Below, in pieces: positions 55,793-64,000 of a DNA stretch of 64,000 nt. A program made the translations under genes and the position numbers. The stretch is taken from NCBI GenBank assembly GCA_945941025.1, contig CAMEWL010000003.1:3373-67372 (forward strand). Direction: 5' to 3'. This DNA comes from an uncultured Prevotellaceae bacterium. Lineage in GTDB: Bacteria > Bacteroidota > Bacteroidia > Bacteroidales > Bacteroidaceae. The notes under the pieces were generated by a model. It did not search any database. It had not been told where the DNA came from and worked only from the letters and a program-made list of their open reading frames with translations. Numbering within the stretch: the stretch's first letter is position 1; each line of letters opens with the position of its first letter.

Positions 55793-55800
55793 ACAGAAGG

Positions 55801-55808
55801 CAAAGATA
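55801..55808 (-). promoter_or_regulatory. -7 box TATCTTTG upstream of the NUDIX gene
   Basis: Plus strand reads caaagata, 9 nt upstream of the ATG, so the leader is very short. Confidence 0.45.
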
Positions 55809-55985
55809 ATAAAAAATTCATTAACAAGTATGAAAAACGAGCAGGAAAAGTGTTGAAATTAAATAAATTAAGGATAAATAATCATAAACATTGCCGGCAT
55901 GGTTTGCCAGCGATGCCGAAAACACCTACTTTTGCCCTCGCTAAGGCTTTTCCGCCCGCAACAGAGAAAACATCAACTGACATCA

Positions 55986-56483
55986 ATGCGTATCACAGCT
56001 TTTACCTTATTTATATATATAGCGATAAGCGCGTCCGCATACGCGCAGCGTCGCTTCGTGGTCATCAACATGGAGACGAAGGTGCCCGTAAGGAATGTGG
56101 TGGTAAAGTATGGCAAGGACACGCAGTCCTGCACCATCTGGGACGGCTCGTTCATGCTCGACAGCCTGCTCACCGACACCTGCACTCAGCCCATAGTGCT
56201 CAGCCGCTCGGGTTTCCTGACGCTCACCCTCACCGCCTCGGAGCTTACCGACACAATAGAGATGCTGCCGTCGTTCAATGCCCTGACGGAGGTTATCATC
56301 TACGGTAAGCGCAAGAGCGGTATAGGGATGACCTGGACCTACGACCCCAAGACAGACATGAGCATAAAGAAAAACAAGGAAGGCTCCATCAAGGCGGACA
56401 TCAGCGGAGCCATAGAGAGCCTCCTCACCTACAAGCGCCGCAAACGCTATGAGGAGACAAAGAAAAGGATGGAGGAATACTGA
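55986..56483 (+). CDS. Hypothetical secreted protein with a carboxypeptidase-regulatory-like beta-sandwich N-domain
   Basis: ORF 55899.. trimmed to MRITAFTLFIYIAISASAYAQ (signal peptide). ...RRFVVINMETKVPVRNVVVKY...GSF resembles the CarbopepD_reg-like fold. Confidence 0.55.
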   Translation: MRITAFTLFIYIAISASAYAQRRFVVINMETKVPVRNVVVKYGKDTQSCTIWDGSFMLDSLLTDTCTQPIVLSRSGFLTLTLTASELTDTIEMLPSFNALTEVIIYGKRKSGIGMTWTYDPKTDMSIKKNKEGSIKADISGAIESLLTYKRRKRYEETKKRMEEY

Positions 56484-56687
56484 AGGATCGCAACCCGTGA
56501 GATGTTAAAATATGTTTCTTTTCTTGCATAATTCATAAACTTTGTATAATTTCGCAACATCTTCCATAACGTAATATCACCAAGTGGTATTCAGGGAGAC
56601 GCATACATATTGGAAAAGCGTTTATCTTGCGCTTTGTCTTTGGCTATTCGGAACTTCGCAAACTCCAAGCTTACCAAAACGACAAGG

Positions 56688-56878
56688 CAACGATAGATGC
56701 CTATCAGGGTGTATATATACATAGCCCACGCCTAAGGGTTAGTCTGCCGTGTGGCAGACTGTGGGTATATTATAATACATTCGGCGTGGGCTTCTGCGTT
56801 GCTCGTTCTATGGTAAGTGGGCAATGCGAAGGCCTCGAATAGCGGGACGAGTAACAGATACAGTTGCCCCGCTTTTTT
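56688..56878 (+). ncRNA. Candidate structured leader or small RNA ending in a terminator-like hairpin, upstream of the giant surface-protein gene
   Basis: Three nested helices: GCAACG(56688)/CGTTGC(56797), GCCCACGCC(56724)/GGCGTGGGC(56783) and AGTCTGCC(56741)/GGCAGACT(56753). These are followed by GGGCAA(56818)/TTGCCC(56864) or GCGGG/CCCGC, then T6 at 56873-56878. Confidence 0.35.
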
Positions 56879-56962
56879 CATGTCTATGCCTGAACAAATA
56901 ACCTTTAACATGAAAACCGTCTCTGTCGGGGCTGCTGCAGGGAAACAAAAACGTAATGGAAT

Positions 56963-59900
56963 ATGAAAACAAAGTATCGACATTTACTTTTAGTCCTGCT
57001 GATACTCATGTCATGTATTGGCGCAAGAGCCCATGATTTTGTTGTGGATGGTATCTATTACAACATCACTTCCTCGTCAGTTCCTTATACTGTTGCCGTG
57101 ACTTATAAAGGAACATATTCTTCTTCATATAGTGGTGAATATTCTGGTGCAATCACGATACCAGAGTCTGTCACATATAATGGAGTGACCTATAGCGTGA
57201 CAAGCATCGACTATAGGGCGTTCTACGACTGCAGCGGACTGACCTCTGTGACCATCCCCAGCAGCGTGACAAGCATAGGCGAGGGGGCGTTCGATAGAAC
57301 AGCATGGTATGATAATCAACCTGATGGGCTTGTATATGCAGGTAATGTTGCATATAAATATAAAGGTACCATGCCCGCCAATACATCTATCACTTTAAAA
57401 GATGGAACAGTAGGTATAGCTTCTTCTGCGTTCTACGACTGCAGCGGACTGACATCGGTGACCATCCCCAACAGCGTGACAAGCATCGGCTCTTCTGCGT
57501 TCTCTGGCTGCAGCGAACTGACATCGGTGACCATCCCCAACAGCGTGATAAGCATCGGCTCTTCTGCGTTCTCTCGCTGTAGCGGACTGACATCGGTGAC
57601 CATCGGCAGCAGCGTGACAAGCATCGGCAGTGATGCGTTCTATGGAACAGCATGGTATGATAATCAACCTAATGGGCTTGTATATGCAGGTAATGTTGCA
57701 TATAAATATAAAGGTACCATGCCCGCCAATACATCTATCACTTTAAAAGATGGAACAGTAGGTATAGCTTCTTCTGCGTTCTCTGGCTGCAGCGAACTGA
57801 CATCGGTGACCATCCCCAGCAGCGTGACAAACATCGACTCTAAGGCGTTCTATGGCTGCAGAGGACTGACATCGGTAACCATCCCCAACAGCGTGACAAG
57901 CATCGGCTCTTCTGTGTTCTATGGCTGCAGGGGCCTGACCTCGGTGACCATCCCCAACAGCGTGACAAGCATCGGCTCTTCTGCGTTCAGGGACTGCAGC
58001 GGACTGACATCGGTGACCATCCCCAACAGCGTGACAAGCATCGGCTCTTCTGCGTTCAGGGACTGCAGCGGACTGACATCGGTGACCATCCCCAGCAGCG
58101 TGACAAACATCGGCAGTGATGCGTTCTATAACTGCAGCGGACTGAATCTTTTAATTCCTAAGGGAACTTCGGGTTACTATGAAAACGAAACTTCTGTCCA
58201 TGCCATTTATGAATTGGATGGTGACGAGGTTTGGTCAGAGACATACTTTGGAGTCCCCTCTGATTACACTACCTATTATGATGCTGACGGAGACGGCATA
58301 ATGGAATATCTGAGTTATCCGACCAGCCAGGATTCTAAATACCACTATGGTTTCTATGACAAAGGTGGAAACAAAAAGGTAGAAATGCCAGATTGTAATG
58401 CTAACGATTACTATGCCACTCCCATAAATGGTAACGGGGACTTACTGATGTACAAAGGGTTTGATAAACTGAGAGTTGATTCACTTGATAATGGTGAGAC
58501 CCCCCTCAGCCTGATTACAGATGTTGATAACGATGGACGAAAAGATTTAGTGGGAGAATACGACCGTGATCTTTTCCACATATACTATCAAAAGCCAGAC
58601 GGGATATTTTCTATGACTGAACAAAGCGTTACAAAAGATGCTGAAGCCATCGAGGCAGAATCCAATAAAAAAGGTACTGGTGGAATTGTCAGTTTTGCAG
58701 TAGGTATGATGGTTGGGGGAAGTACTCCATCTAGCTATGATCATCTTACAATGGGACTGGATATGAATGACGACGGCACACTTGATTTTATTGACACAAA
58801 TGTTGGTGGTGTTCTTTATAGTTATGCTGACAACAAGTACTTCGCGAATCCAAAGAAAGGTGTGCTGTATCCTTGTGACCTGAACAATGACAGCGAACTG
58901 GACTATATCTGTTATGATGGCAGCAACATTATCTTGATGACACGCACCGGCAGTGACACATACGATGAGAAGACTCTGTTTTCCAATAGTAACGTAAAGC
59001 AGATACTCTACAAGGACTTTGACCATGATGGAGACATTGACATTATGGCTTATATCAATGATGAATCCAGTTCAACTGGTAATACTTATTTCGTATTCTT
59101 CCGTAATGACGGTGATATGTCGTTCAAGAGAAGAGAGCGTAACTTTGCCATTAACTATGCTCTGAAAGAAGTCAAGGACATTGATGCCGACGGATTGTAC
59201 GAGATGTTAGTAATAGACTACACGAACAAAGTACGGAAAATATTACGCATATCTGAAAGTCTGGCTGTCACAGAGAGTGAATATGATTTCTCTGATGGAT
59301 CTTATTATCATACAGCCATCGGCGATTTTGACAACGACGGAAGAGTAGATTTACGCTATTATTTTGGCAGTTCAAATGCTTCCAAGTATGTAGTATTATC
59401 TTCTTCTGTCAACACTGCTCCATCTAAGATGGATGCACCTACAGCAGTGCTCGATGCAGAAGCACAAAGGCTGCGTATTAACTGGAAACAAGGTGTGGAT
59501 GCAGAAACTTCATCATGTGACCTGACATACGAACTGCGTATAGGCACAGAGCCTGCAAGCGGCAACGTGCTGTTTGGAGCGTCGCTTGCCGACGGCCGCC
59601 GCCGCACTTTGGAGGACGGCAACATGGGGCGCTCGCTCAGCACACTGTTTAATGCCAAGAGCCTGAAGCCCGGTAAGTATTATATCTCCGTGCAGGCGAT
59701 AGATGCCGGTGGCAGAGGCGGCGCATGGTCAGATGATTTCGTGTATGAGCATCAATTGGCAGCACCTGCGATTGTGTCTAACTTTACGCATCACATGTCT
59801 ACGGGAGACACCATACGCCTCAGTGTGAAAGCCCCGATTGACGGAGCTGAATACAAATGGAGCGTAAGTGAGGGCAGACAGATAGAGAATGACGGCTTAG

Positions 59901-62854
59901 ATACGCGTTTCGTGTTTGAGCATGATGGTGAACACACCGTAAACCTTGCCATGACATACGATGGCAGAACGCTGAATGCAGAGCCGCTTGAGTTGGAGGT
60001 AGAGCCTGCAAAACGCTATGAATATGTTTATGGAGTTAAATATGCTGGTGGTTATGTTGACCTAAACCAGGATGGCTATCCTGAATACTTCGGATACGTG
60101 AATAACGGCAAGGGCTTTATGGAGAAAGTTCTGTTGAGCTATGTTACAGGTGCTCCTACCAATTATCATGTATTGGATTATAATATGGATGGTTTCCCCG
60201 ATATTATTAGTAAATCATATGCATATATCAACTTGTGTGAGCAAGACAACGACTTTGAAAAGGAAGCAGTAACTTTTACAATCCACGATAGCGACTATTA
60301 TTCTACTTATAATAATATTCCAATAGGCGAGAGATGCGATGAATGTGCTTATAGGGGACGGTGGTTTGATGCTAATAATGATGGCAAGCTTGATTGTTAT
60401 TACGAATATAATTATTATCTAAACAACGGAACAAATAAATACTGGGAAAGCAGTTATATTCAATATACGACTCTATACGATTATAATCGCGATGGATTCC
60501 TTGATCGCTTGAAGGTCTATAATAATGGTAAAGTGTATATTTCATACAAGGACTCAACGGCAAACTTCTCTTATACTGAACCACAGGTGTTATTTGACGA
60601 ATCTGTTGGAACAGGTGGTGAGGAAATTGAAGACTTGAACAACGATGGTTATGCCGATTTAGTAAGATATAGCGGAAATACGCTGATAGTGGTCAAAGGC
60701 AGTGCAACACTGCCTTGCACTGAGACTGTGACATACAATTTATCTGGCACTATCAGCTGGATTAGTTCTATCCGTGATTACAACAATGACGGTTACATGG
60801 ATGTGTTGTTACATTACAAAAAGGATGGCAGTAGCACTTGTGCTCTTGCTGAGTTCGGTCCCGACTTCTCAATGAATTTGGTAGATTTAGACGCTGAGCC
60901 GTATGGAGACTATTTTATGGTGCAGAAAGATGGAGGCTATCCTGACGGCAACCTTAGCCATATAACCAACCAGTCACCTTCTGCCCCAGCCAGCGTAAAC
61001 GCTAAGCAGACGAAGGACGGAATGCTGATAACATGGAGCAATGCCGAGGACGACCATACGCCTGCCATGCAGATGCGCTACAACATCAGCGTGAAGCGTA
61101 AGGGCAAGAAGGGCGACAACAGCTTCGTTATCTCTCCGATGAACGGACTGAAGGATGAGGCTACCATCTGCGGCACCATCATCTATAAGAAGTCAACGCA
61201 GATGCTGGTACCTGCCTCTGTATTGACGGCTGGCGAGACCTACGAGATACAGGTGCAGGCGATAGACCTGTGGAACCAGCACTCACCTATGACCAAGGCC
61301 GTGGAGTTCACCATGACGAGCGATGGTTATATAGACGTAGCCGAACAGGTGACTACAGGCAAGGAGACCACGGTGAAGTTTGTCGGCACAAAGACCGGCA
61401 GCTATGTGCTTGATGCTGGAGAGGGCGCCACAATAGTAAGTGACAACGGCAAGGGCGAGTATATCGTGAAGTGGACTACGGATGGTGTGAAGAACATCAC
61501 ACTGACCGCAGGCGGCGCAACGATAAAGTCTGCCATTACTGTAGTGAAGCCTATGGAGCTTACTTTCTCTGTTCCAGAAAAGGTGTTTGCCAATGCTCCG
61601 CTGACAATAGAGGTGAGCGACGAGATGGCAAAGGCCGCAAGAAACGTGGGGGTACGCTCAGACAACAGCAAGGTGAAGGTGGAGTATGTGACCGGCAGTA
61701 AGACCGCTGTGGTGACATTCCCTACAACTGGCACTTATACATTAGAAGCCTATTGTGAGGATAATATAAAAGGCAATAGTTACTCACAGACAATAAAAGT
61801 GGCAGAAGAGATGCCTAAGGCTAAGATTGAGAAAGTGACCACCGATGGTGAAACTGGCAGTTACGTTATAAACTGGAGTACCGCAGTTCCTGCCGGAATT
61901 AACGAGGTGGTCATAAGCAAGGAGGGGGCATCTCTTGATGCGTTCAACGTGCTTGACACTGTGCTGGTTAGCGACGGACGATATGTTGACTTGTCATCTA
62001 ACGCCGCCGTGATGTCTGCTCGTTACCGCATACAGTTGTTAGCCGACAACGGACAGACAAGCAAACAGAGCGACGCTCACAAGCCTCTGCACGTAATGCT
62101 TGCCAAGGCTGCCAAGGGGTACAACCTTATATGGAACAGCTATGAGGGTGTGACGGTTGACTCTTACCACATCATGCGCGGAACGTCGCCTGACAATATG
62201 CAGCAGATAGCACAGGTGGCAGGAAGCCAGATGAGCTATACCGACCTGACGATGCCTGACGGCGAGAATTTCTATGCCGTGACGTTCCAGCTCTCCGGGT
62301 CACAGCAGATGAGCGCGAAGGGACAGCAAGCAACGGCGGCTTCCGAGGAGGACGTGAACAGCAACGTGATATCAACCGCAGACGCTGTTGACGTGGTTGA
62401 GGCTAAGAGCATTGAGCTGATCGTGCTTGACGAGGACAAGACTCTCTCAGACAAGCACAAGAACTTGCAGATATTCTACATGATAAAGCCTACCTACACT
62501 ACCATCACCAAGGTGAAGTGGGAGATACTTCAGGGCAGCGACATTGCCTCTGTTGACGCAAACGGAAAACTGAGCGCGAAAGGTGGCAGCGGCACTGTCA
62601 AGGTGAAAGTGTCATCGCTTGACGGCTCTGAGCTGAGTGCCGAGATGGATGTGCCTTGCAACGTAAGCGGTGAGCCTACCGCTGTAATCGCGGCACCGGC
62701 TGCAAACACAGGCGAGGCTACATTGGTAGGAAAACGTTATTATACCATCGACGGCAAGCAGGTAACGTCTCCTTCTATGGCGGGCAGTATATATATTGAG
62801 TGGAGCATCTACTCTAACGGTCAGATTATCTCAAGGAAGATTATGAATAAGTAA
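56963..62854 (+). CDS. Giant (1963-aa) surface protein: BspA-type LRRs, two FG-GAP/VCBS-like repeat blocks, FN3/PKD/Big_2-like Ig modules and a T9SS-type C-terminal domain
   Basis: Signal peptide MKTKYRHLLLVLLILMSCIGARA. Many 23-aa LRRs (LTSVTIPNSVTSIGSSAF..CSG). Two series of D-x-[ND]-x-DG-x-x-D repeats (DADGDGIMEY, DVDNDGRKDL, DFDHDGDIDI ...; DLNQDGYPEY, DANNDGKLDC, DYNNDGYMDV ...). A Big_2-like module near the C-terminus, and a tail ...GKRYYTIDGKQV...SIYIEWSIYSNGQIISRKIMNK. Confidence 0.85.
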   Translation: MKTKYRHLLLVLLILMSCIGARAHDFVVDGIYYNITSSSVPYTVAVTYKGTYSSSYSGEYSGAITIPESVTYNGVTYSVTSIDYRAFYDCSGLTSVTIPSSVTSIGEGAFDRTAWYDNQPDGLVYAGNVAYKYKGTMPANTSITLKDGTVGIASSAFYDCSGLTSVTIPNSVTSIGSSAFSGCSELTSVTIPNSVISIGSSAFSRCSGLTSVTIGSSVTSIGSDAFYGTAWYDNQPNGLVYAGNVAYKYKGTMPANTSITLKDGTVGIASSAFSGCSELTSVTIPSSVTNIDSKAFYGCRGLTSVTIPNSVTSIGSSVFYGCRGLTSVTIPNSVTSIGSSAFRDCSGLTSVTIPNSVTSIGSSAFRDCSGLTSVTIPSSVTNIGSDAFYNCSGLNLLIPKGTSGYYENETSVHAIYELDGDEVWSETYFGVPSDYTTYYDADGDGIMEYLSYPTSQDSKYHYGFYDKGGNKKVEMPDCNANDYYATPINGNGDLLMYKGFDKLRVDSLDNGETPLSLITDVDNDGRKDLVGEYDRDLFHIYYQKPDGIFSMTEQSVTKDAEAIEAESNKKGTGGIVSFAVGMMVGGSTPSSYDHLTMGLDMNDDGTLDFIDTNVGGVLYSYADNKYFANPKKGVLYPCDLNNDSELDYICYDGSNIILMTRTGSDTYDEKTLFSNSNVKQILYKDFDHDGDIDIMAYINDESSSTGNTYFVFFRNDGDMSFKRRERNFAINYALKEVKDIDADGLYEMLVIDYTNKVRKILRISESLAVTESEYDFSDGSYYHTAIGDFDNDGRVDLRYYFGSSNASKYVVLSSSVNTAPSKMDAPTAVLDAEAQRLRINWKQGVDAETSSCDLTYELRIGTEPASGNVLFGASLADGRRRTLEDGNMGRSLSTLFNAKSLKPGKYYISVQAIDAGGRGGAWSDDFVYEHQLAAPAIVSNFTHHMSTGDTIRLSVKAPIDGAEYKWSVSEGRQIENDGLDTRFVFEHDGEHTVNLAMTYDGRTLNAEPLELEVEPAKRYEYVYGVKYAGGYVDLNQDGYPEYFGYVNNGKGFMEKVLLSYVTGAPTNYHVLDYNMDGFPDIISKSYAYINLCEQDNDFEKEAVTFTIHDSDYYSTYNNIPIGERCDECAYRGRWFDANNDGKLDCYYEYNYYLNNGTNKYWESSYIQYTTLYDYNRDGFLDRLKVYNNGKVYISYKDSTANFSYTEPQVLFDESVGTGGEEIEDLNNDGYADLVRYSGNTLIVVKGSATLPCTETVTYNLSGTISWISSIRDYNNDGYMDVLLHYKKDGSSTCALAEFGPDFSMNLVDLDAEPYGDYFMVQKDGGYPDGNLSHITNQSPSAPASVNAKQTKDGMLITWSNAEDDHTPAMQMRYNISVKRKGKKGDNSFVISPMNGLKDEATICGTIIYKKSTQMLVPASVLTAGETYEIQVQAIDLWNQHSPMTKAVEFTMTSDGYIDVAEQVTTGKETTVKFVGTKTGSYVLDAGEGATIVSDNGKGEYIVKWTTDGVKNITLTAGGATIKSAITVVKPMELTFSVPEKVFANAPLTIEVSDEMAKAARNVGVRSDNSKVKVEYVTGSKTAVVTFPTTGTYTLEAYCEDNIKGNSYSQTIKVAEEMPKAKIEKVTTDGETGSYVINWSTAVPAGINEVVISKEGASLDAFNVLDTVLVSDGRYVDLSSNAAVMSARYRIQLLADNGQTSKQSDAHKPLHVMLAKAAKGYNLIWNSYEGVTVDSYHIMRGTSPDNMQQIAQVAGSQMSYTDLTMPDGENFYAVTFQLSGSQQMSAKGQQATAASEEDVNSNVISTADAVDVVEAKSIELIVLDEDKTLSDKHKNLQIFYMIKPTYTTITKVKWEILQGSDIASVDANGKLSAKGGSGTVKVKVSSLDGSELSAEMDVPCNVSGEPTAVIAAPAANTGEATLVGKRYYTIDGKQVTSPSMAGSIYIEWSIYSNGQIISRKIMNK
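57297..57782 (+). repeat. Two 138-bp near-identical direct repeats inside the LRR region (57297-57434 and 57645-57782)
   Basis: Read directly. The copies differ at a single base (ctgatggg vs ctaatggg) and lie 348 bp apart. Confidence 0.9.
57942..58079 (+). repeat. Perfect tandem duplication of a 69-bp (one LRR) unit
   Basis: 57942-58010 and 58011-58079 are identical: cggtgaccatccccaacagcgtgacaagcatcggctcttctgcgttcagggactgcagcggactgacat. Confidence 0.9.
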
Positions 62855-62868
62855 TTTTGGAAAATATA

Positions 62869-62900
62869 GTAATGTAGGGCTTGCAGAAGCCCTGCATTAC
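62869..62900 (+). terminator. 14-bp-stem hairpin after the giant gene
   Basis: GTAATGTAGGGCTT-GCAG-AAGCCCTGCATTAC, with one G:U pair and no clear U-tract. Confidence 0.55.
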
Positions 62901-62931
62901 TTGTAAACACAGAAATTAAAAAAATCAGGTT

Positions 62932-63369
62932 ATGAAAAAGAAAGATAAGATTTTTGTTTTATCAGGCTTGTTGATGATGTTTGTCTTGGGCAGTACGCCA
63001 TGTGCTGCGGAAGAAAAAACAGGAAACGGGTCTAAGAGTGTGAGGGAGTTATTAATAGGCTCGTGGCATAGTGAAAGTATTGATTCTAATATCAAATCAG
63101 ATTTGTACTGGCATTTCAATGAAGACGGAACGGAACAGTTAATTAGCATATCCGATAATGACAATATTTATCCATCTGATGTCTCATGCGGAAAATGGAC
63201 AGTAGATGGGAACACGATAAAGACTGTGACATTATCCCAAAAAGAGAAGAACAGGAATGAATGGAAAATCCTGAAAATAAACGAGGATTCTCTGAAGATA
63301 GAGTACTATGACAAACAACCGAAACGATTTGAGGCTTCCTTCAAAAGAATTAACAGGAAACAGCCCTGA
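62932..63369 (+). CDS. Small secreted hypothetical protein (possibly lipocalin-like)
   Basis: Signal peptide MKKKDKIFVLSGLLMMFVLGSTPCAA. ...LIGSWHSESID... and ...GKWTVDGNTIK...WKILKINEDSLKIEY resemble lipocalin-like beta-barrel proteins. Confidence 0.55.
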   Translation: MKKKDKIFVLSGLLMMFVLGSTPCAAEEKTGNGSKSVRELLIGSWHSESIDSNIKSDLYWHFNEDGTEQLISISDNDNIYPSDVSCGKWTVDGNTIKTVTLSQKEKNRNEWKILKINEDSLKIEYYDKQPKRFEASFKRINRKQP

Positions 63370-63391
63370 TGAATAACAGTGCGCATAAATA

Positions 63392-63433
63392 AATTAAGCA
63401 ACGGAGACACTGGCGTGTTTCTGTTGCTTAATT
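63392..63433. terminator. Hairpin between convergent genes (AATTAAGCAAC / GTTGCTTAATT)
   Basis: 11-bp perfect stem with a 20-nt loop. Confidence 0.5.
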
Positions 63434-63456
63434 GTTTCTCGCTGTCTGAATATAAA

Positions 63457-64000
63457 CTACCTGTTCCATGTCATATACTGACCAAATACAGAATATAACG
63501 CAGGATTGTCACGAATAATCCAATACTTGAAACCTAAAAGTTCCTGTTCTACAGCCAACTCGTTTATTATGGCTTTTTCTGTATTCACATCAGGGATTTC
63601 CTGATACTTGATGGCAAGGTCCAGGAATCTGTTGACAACGCTTATAGTCTGTTCCATAAAGCGTTCTTCTTTAATAGTCCTGACCCGTTTGGCTCCGTTA
63701 TATATCCGGTTCAATAATCTAATGGTTTCCGTATGCTGGGGGTCGCTTATATTTGAGAAGAACAAGGCCTTCTTGTTTGCAAAATCCACACGCTGCTCTA
63801 TATCCTCCTCTATGCCGCAGTCTTTAGGATTGAGCGTGTCATCAAAACTATTTGATTTCTTTCCGTTACAATACCTGCAACTCAGAAACAAGTTGCCCCA
63901 TTCCCGGGACAACTCGGGATAGTTGTCCACGCTTTTATGATGCTCTATCTCATAATCCGTATCACGCCGTCTCTCACATATATAGCATTTGTCATGCTGA
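63457..64000 (-). CDS. HNH endonuclease of the PtuB / TIGR02646-like family, 5' end cut by the window edge
   Basis: The frame stays open to position 64000. Hand translation of the last 70 nt adds ...QHDKCYICERRRDTDYEIEHHKS before VDNYPELSREWGNLFLSCRYCNGKKSN. This is the CxxC...H...N...CxxCN HNH pattern seen in Septu/retron-associated PtuB nucleases. Confidence 0.65.
   Translation of the reverse strand, partial: QHDKCYICERRRDTDYEIEHHKSVDNYPELSREWGNLFLSCRYCNGKKSNSFDDTLNPKDCGIEEDIEQRVDFANKKALFFSNISDPQHTETIRLLNRIYNGAKRVRTIKEERFMEQTISVVNRFLDLAIKYQEIPDVNTEKAIINELAVEQELLGFKYWIIRDNPALYSVFGQYMTWNR

Noticed and set aside
57125-58110. A cluster of 60-90-aa antisense ORFs in the LRR repeat region (for example 57390..57653 and 57919..58110).
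   Set aside because: These are repetitive shadow frames produced by the 69-bp LRR periodicity, and they lie entirely within the giant plus-strand ORF.

Overview
All calls below rest on reading the sequence and recognising motifs; no BLAST, HMM or RNA-folding tool was run. The window looks like a Bacteroidales chromosome segment, probably Prevotella/Segatella-like. Support: TAnnTTTG -7 promoter boxes, no Shine-Dalgarno sites, type III glutamine synthetase, T9SS C-terminal domains and a BspA-type LRR giant protein.

Core content:
- The str operon (rpsL-rpsG-fusA), with fusA cut by the window start.
- A 2-oxoacid:ferredoxin oxidoreductase pair (korA/korB).
- A large nitrogen-assimilation cluster: glnN-dapL-dapF-gltD-gltB, divergent from amtB-pyrG-purF-asnB.
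- Two tRNAs.
- Transport, hydrolase and surface-protein genes.

Accessory content:
- A HEPN-MNT toxin-antitoxin pair lying between an unknown 525-aa membrane protein and a decayed 3' copy of that same gene.
- A small gene islet just after the tRNAs (HigB, an extended HigA, an AAA ATPase).
- A 1963-aa LRR/FG-GAP/Ig adhesin.
- A PtuB-like HNH nuclease cut by the window end.

Most unusual signals (none is a proven system):
1. korA and korB are split by an ~0.85-kb cassette. It carries a GxxExxY (PD-(D/E)XK-like) gene bracketed by inverted ACAACGGATTAA repeats, one side expanded to six tandem units. The layout resembles an rRNA intervening sequence, but inside an mRNA operon.
2. Three unusually long gene-free gaps each hold a ~350-400-bp element bounded by direct repeats. 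Each element contains four to six 22-bp units that each carry an AAAGC-N3-GCTTT palindrome (iteron-like), plus shuffled shared modules.
3. Several small repeat families sit in the intergenic spacers and leaders of nitrogen and amino-acid genes. These are a G-rich hairpin with G-quadruplex potential, ~130-160-bp long palindromic elements, and 7-, 8- and 9-bp tandem repeats.
4. A trpB2 / HisC-CobD-like aminotransferase / LicC-like nucleotidyltransferase operon has no assigned pathway.
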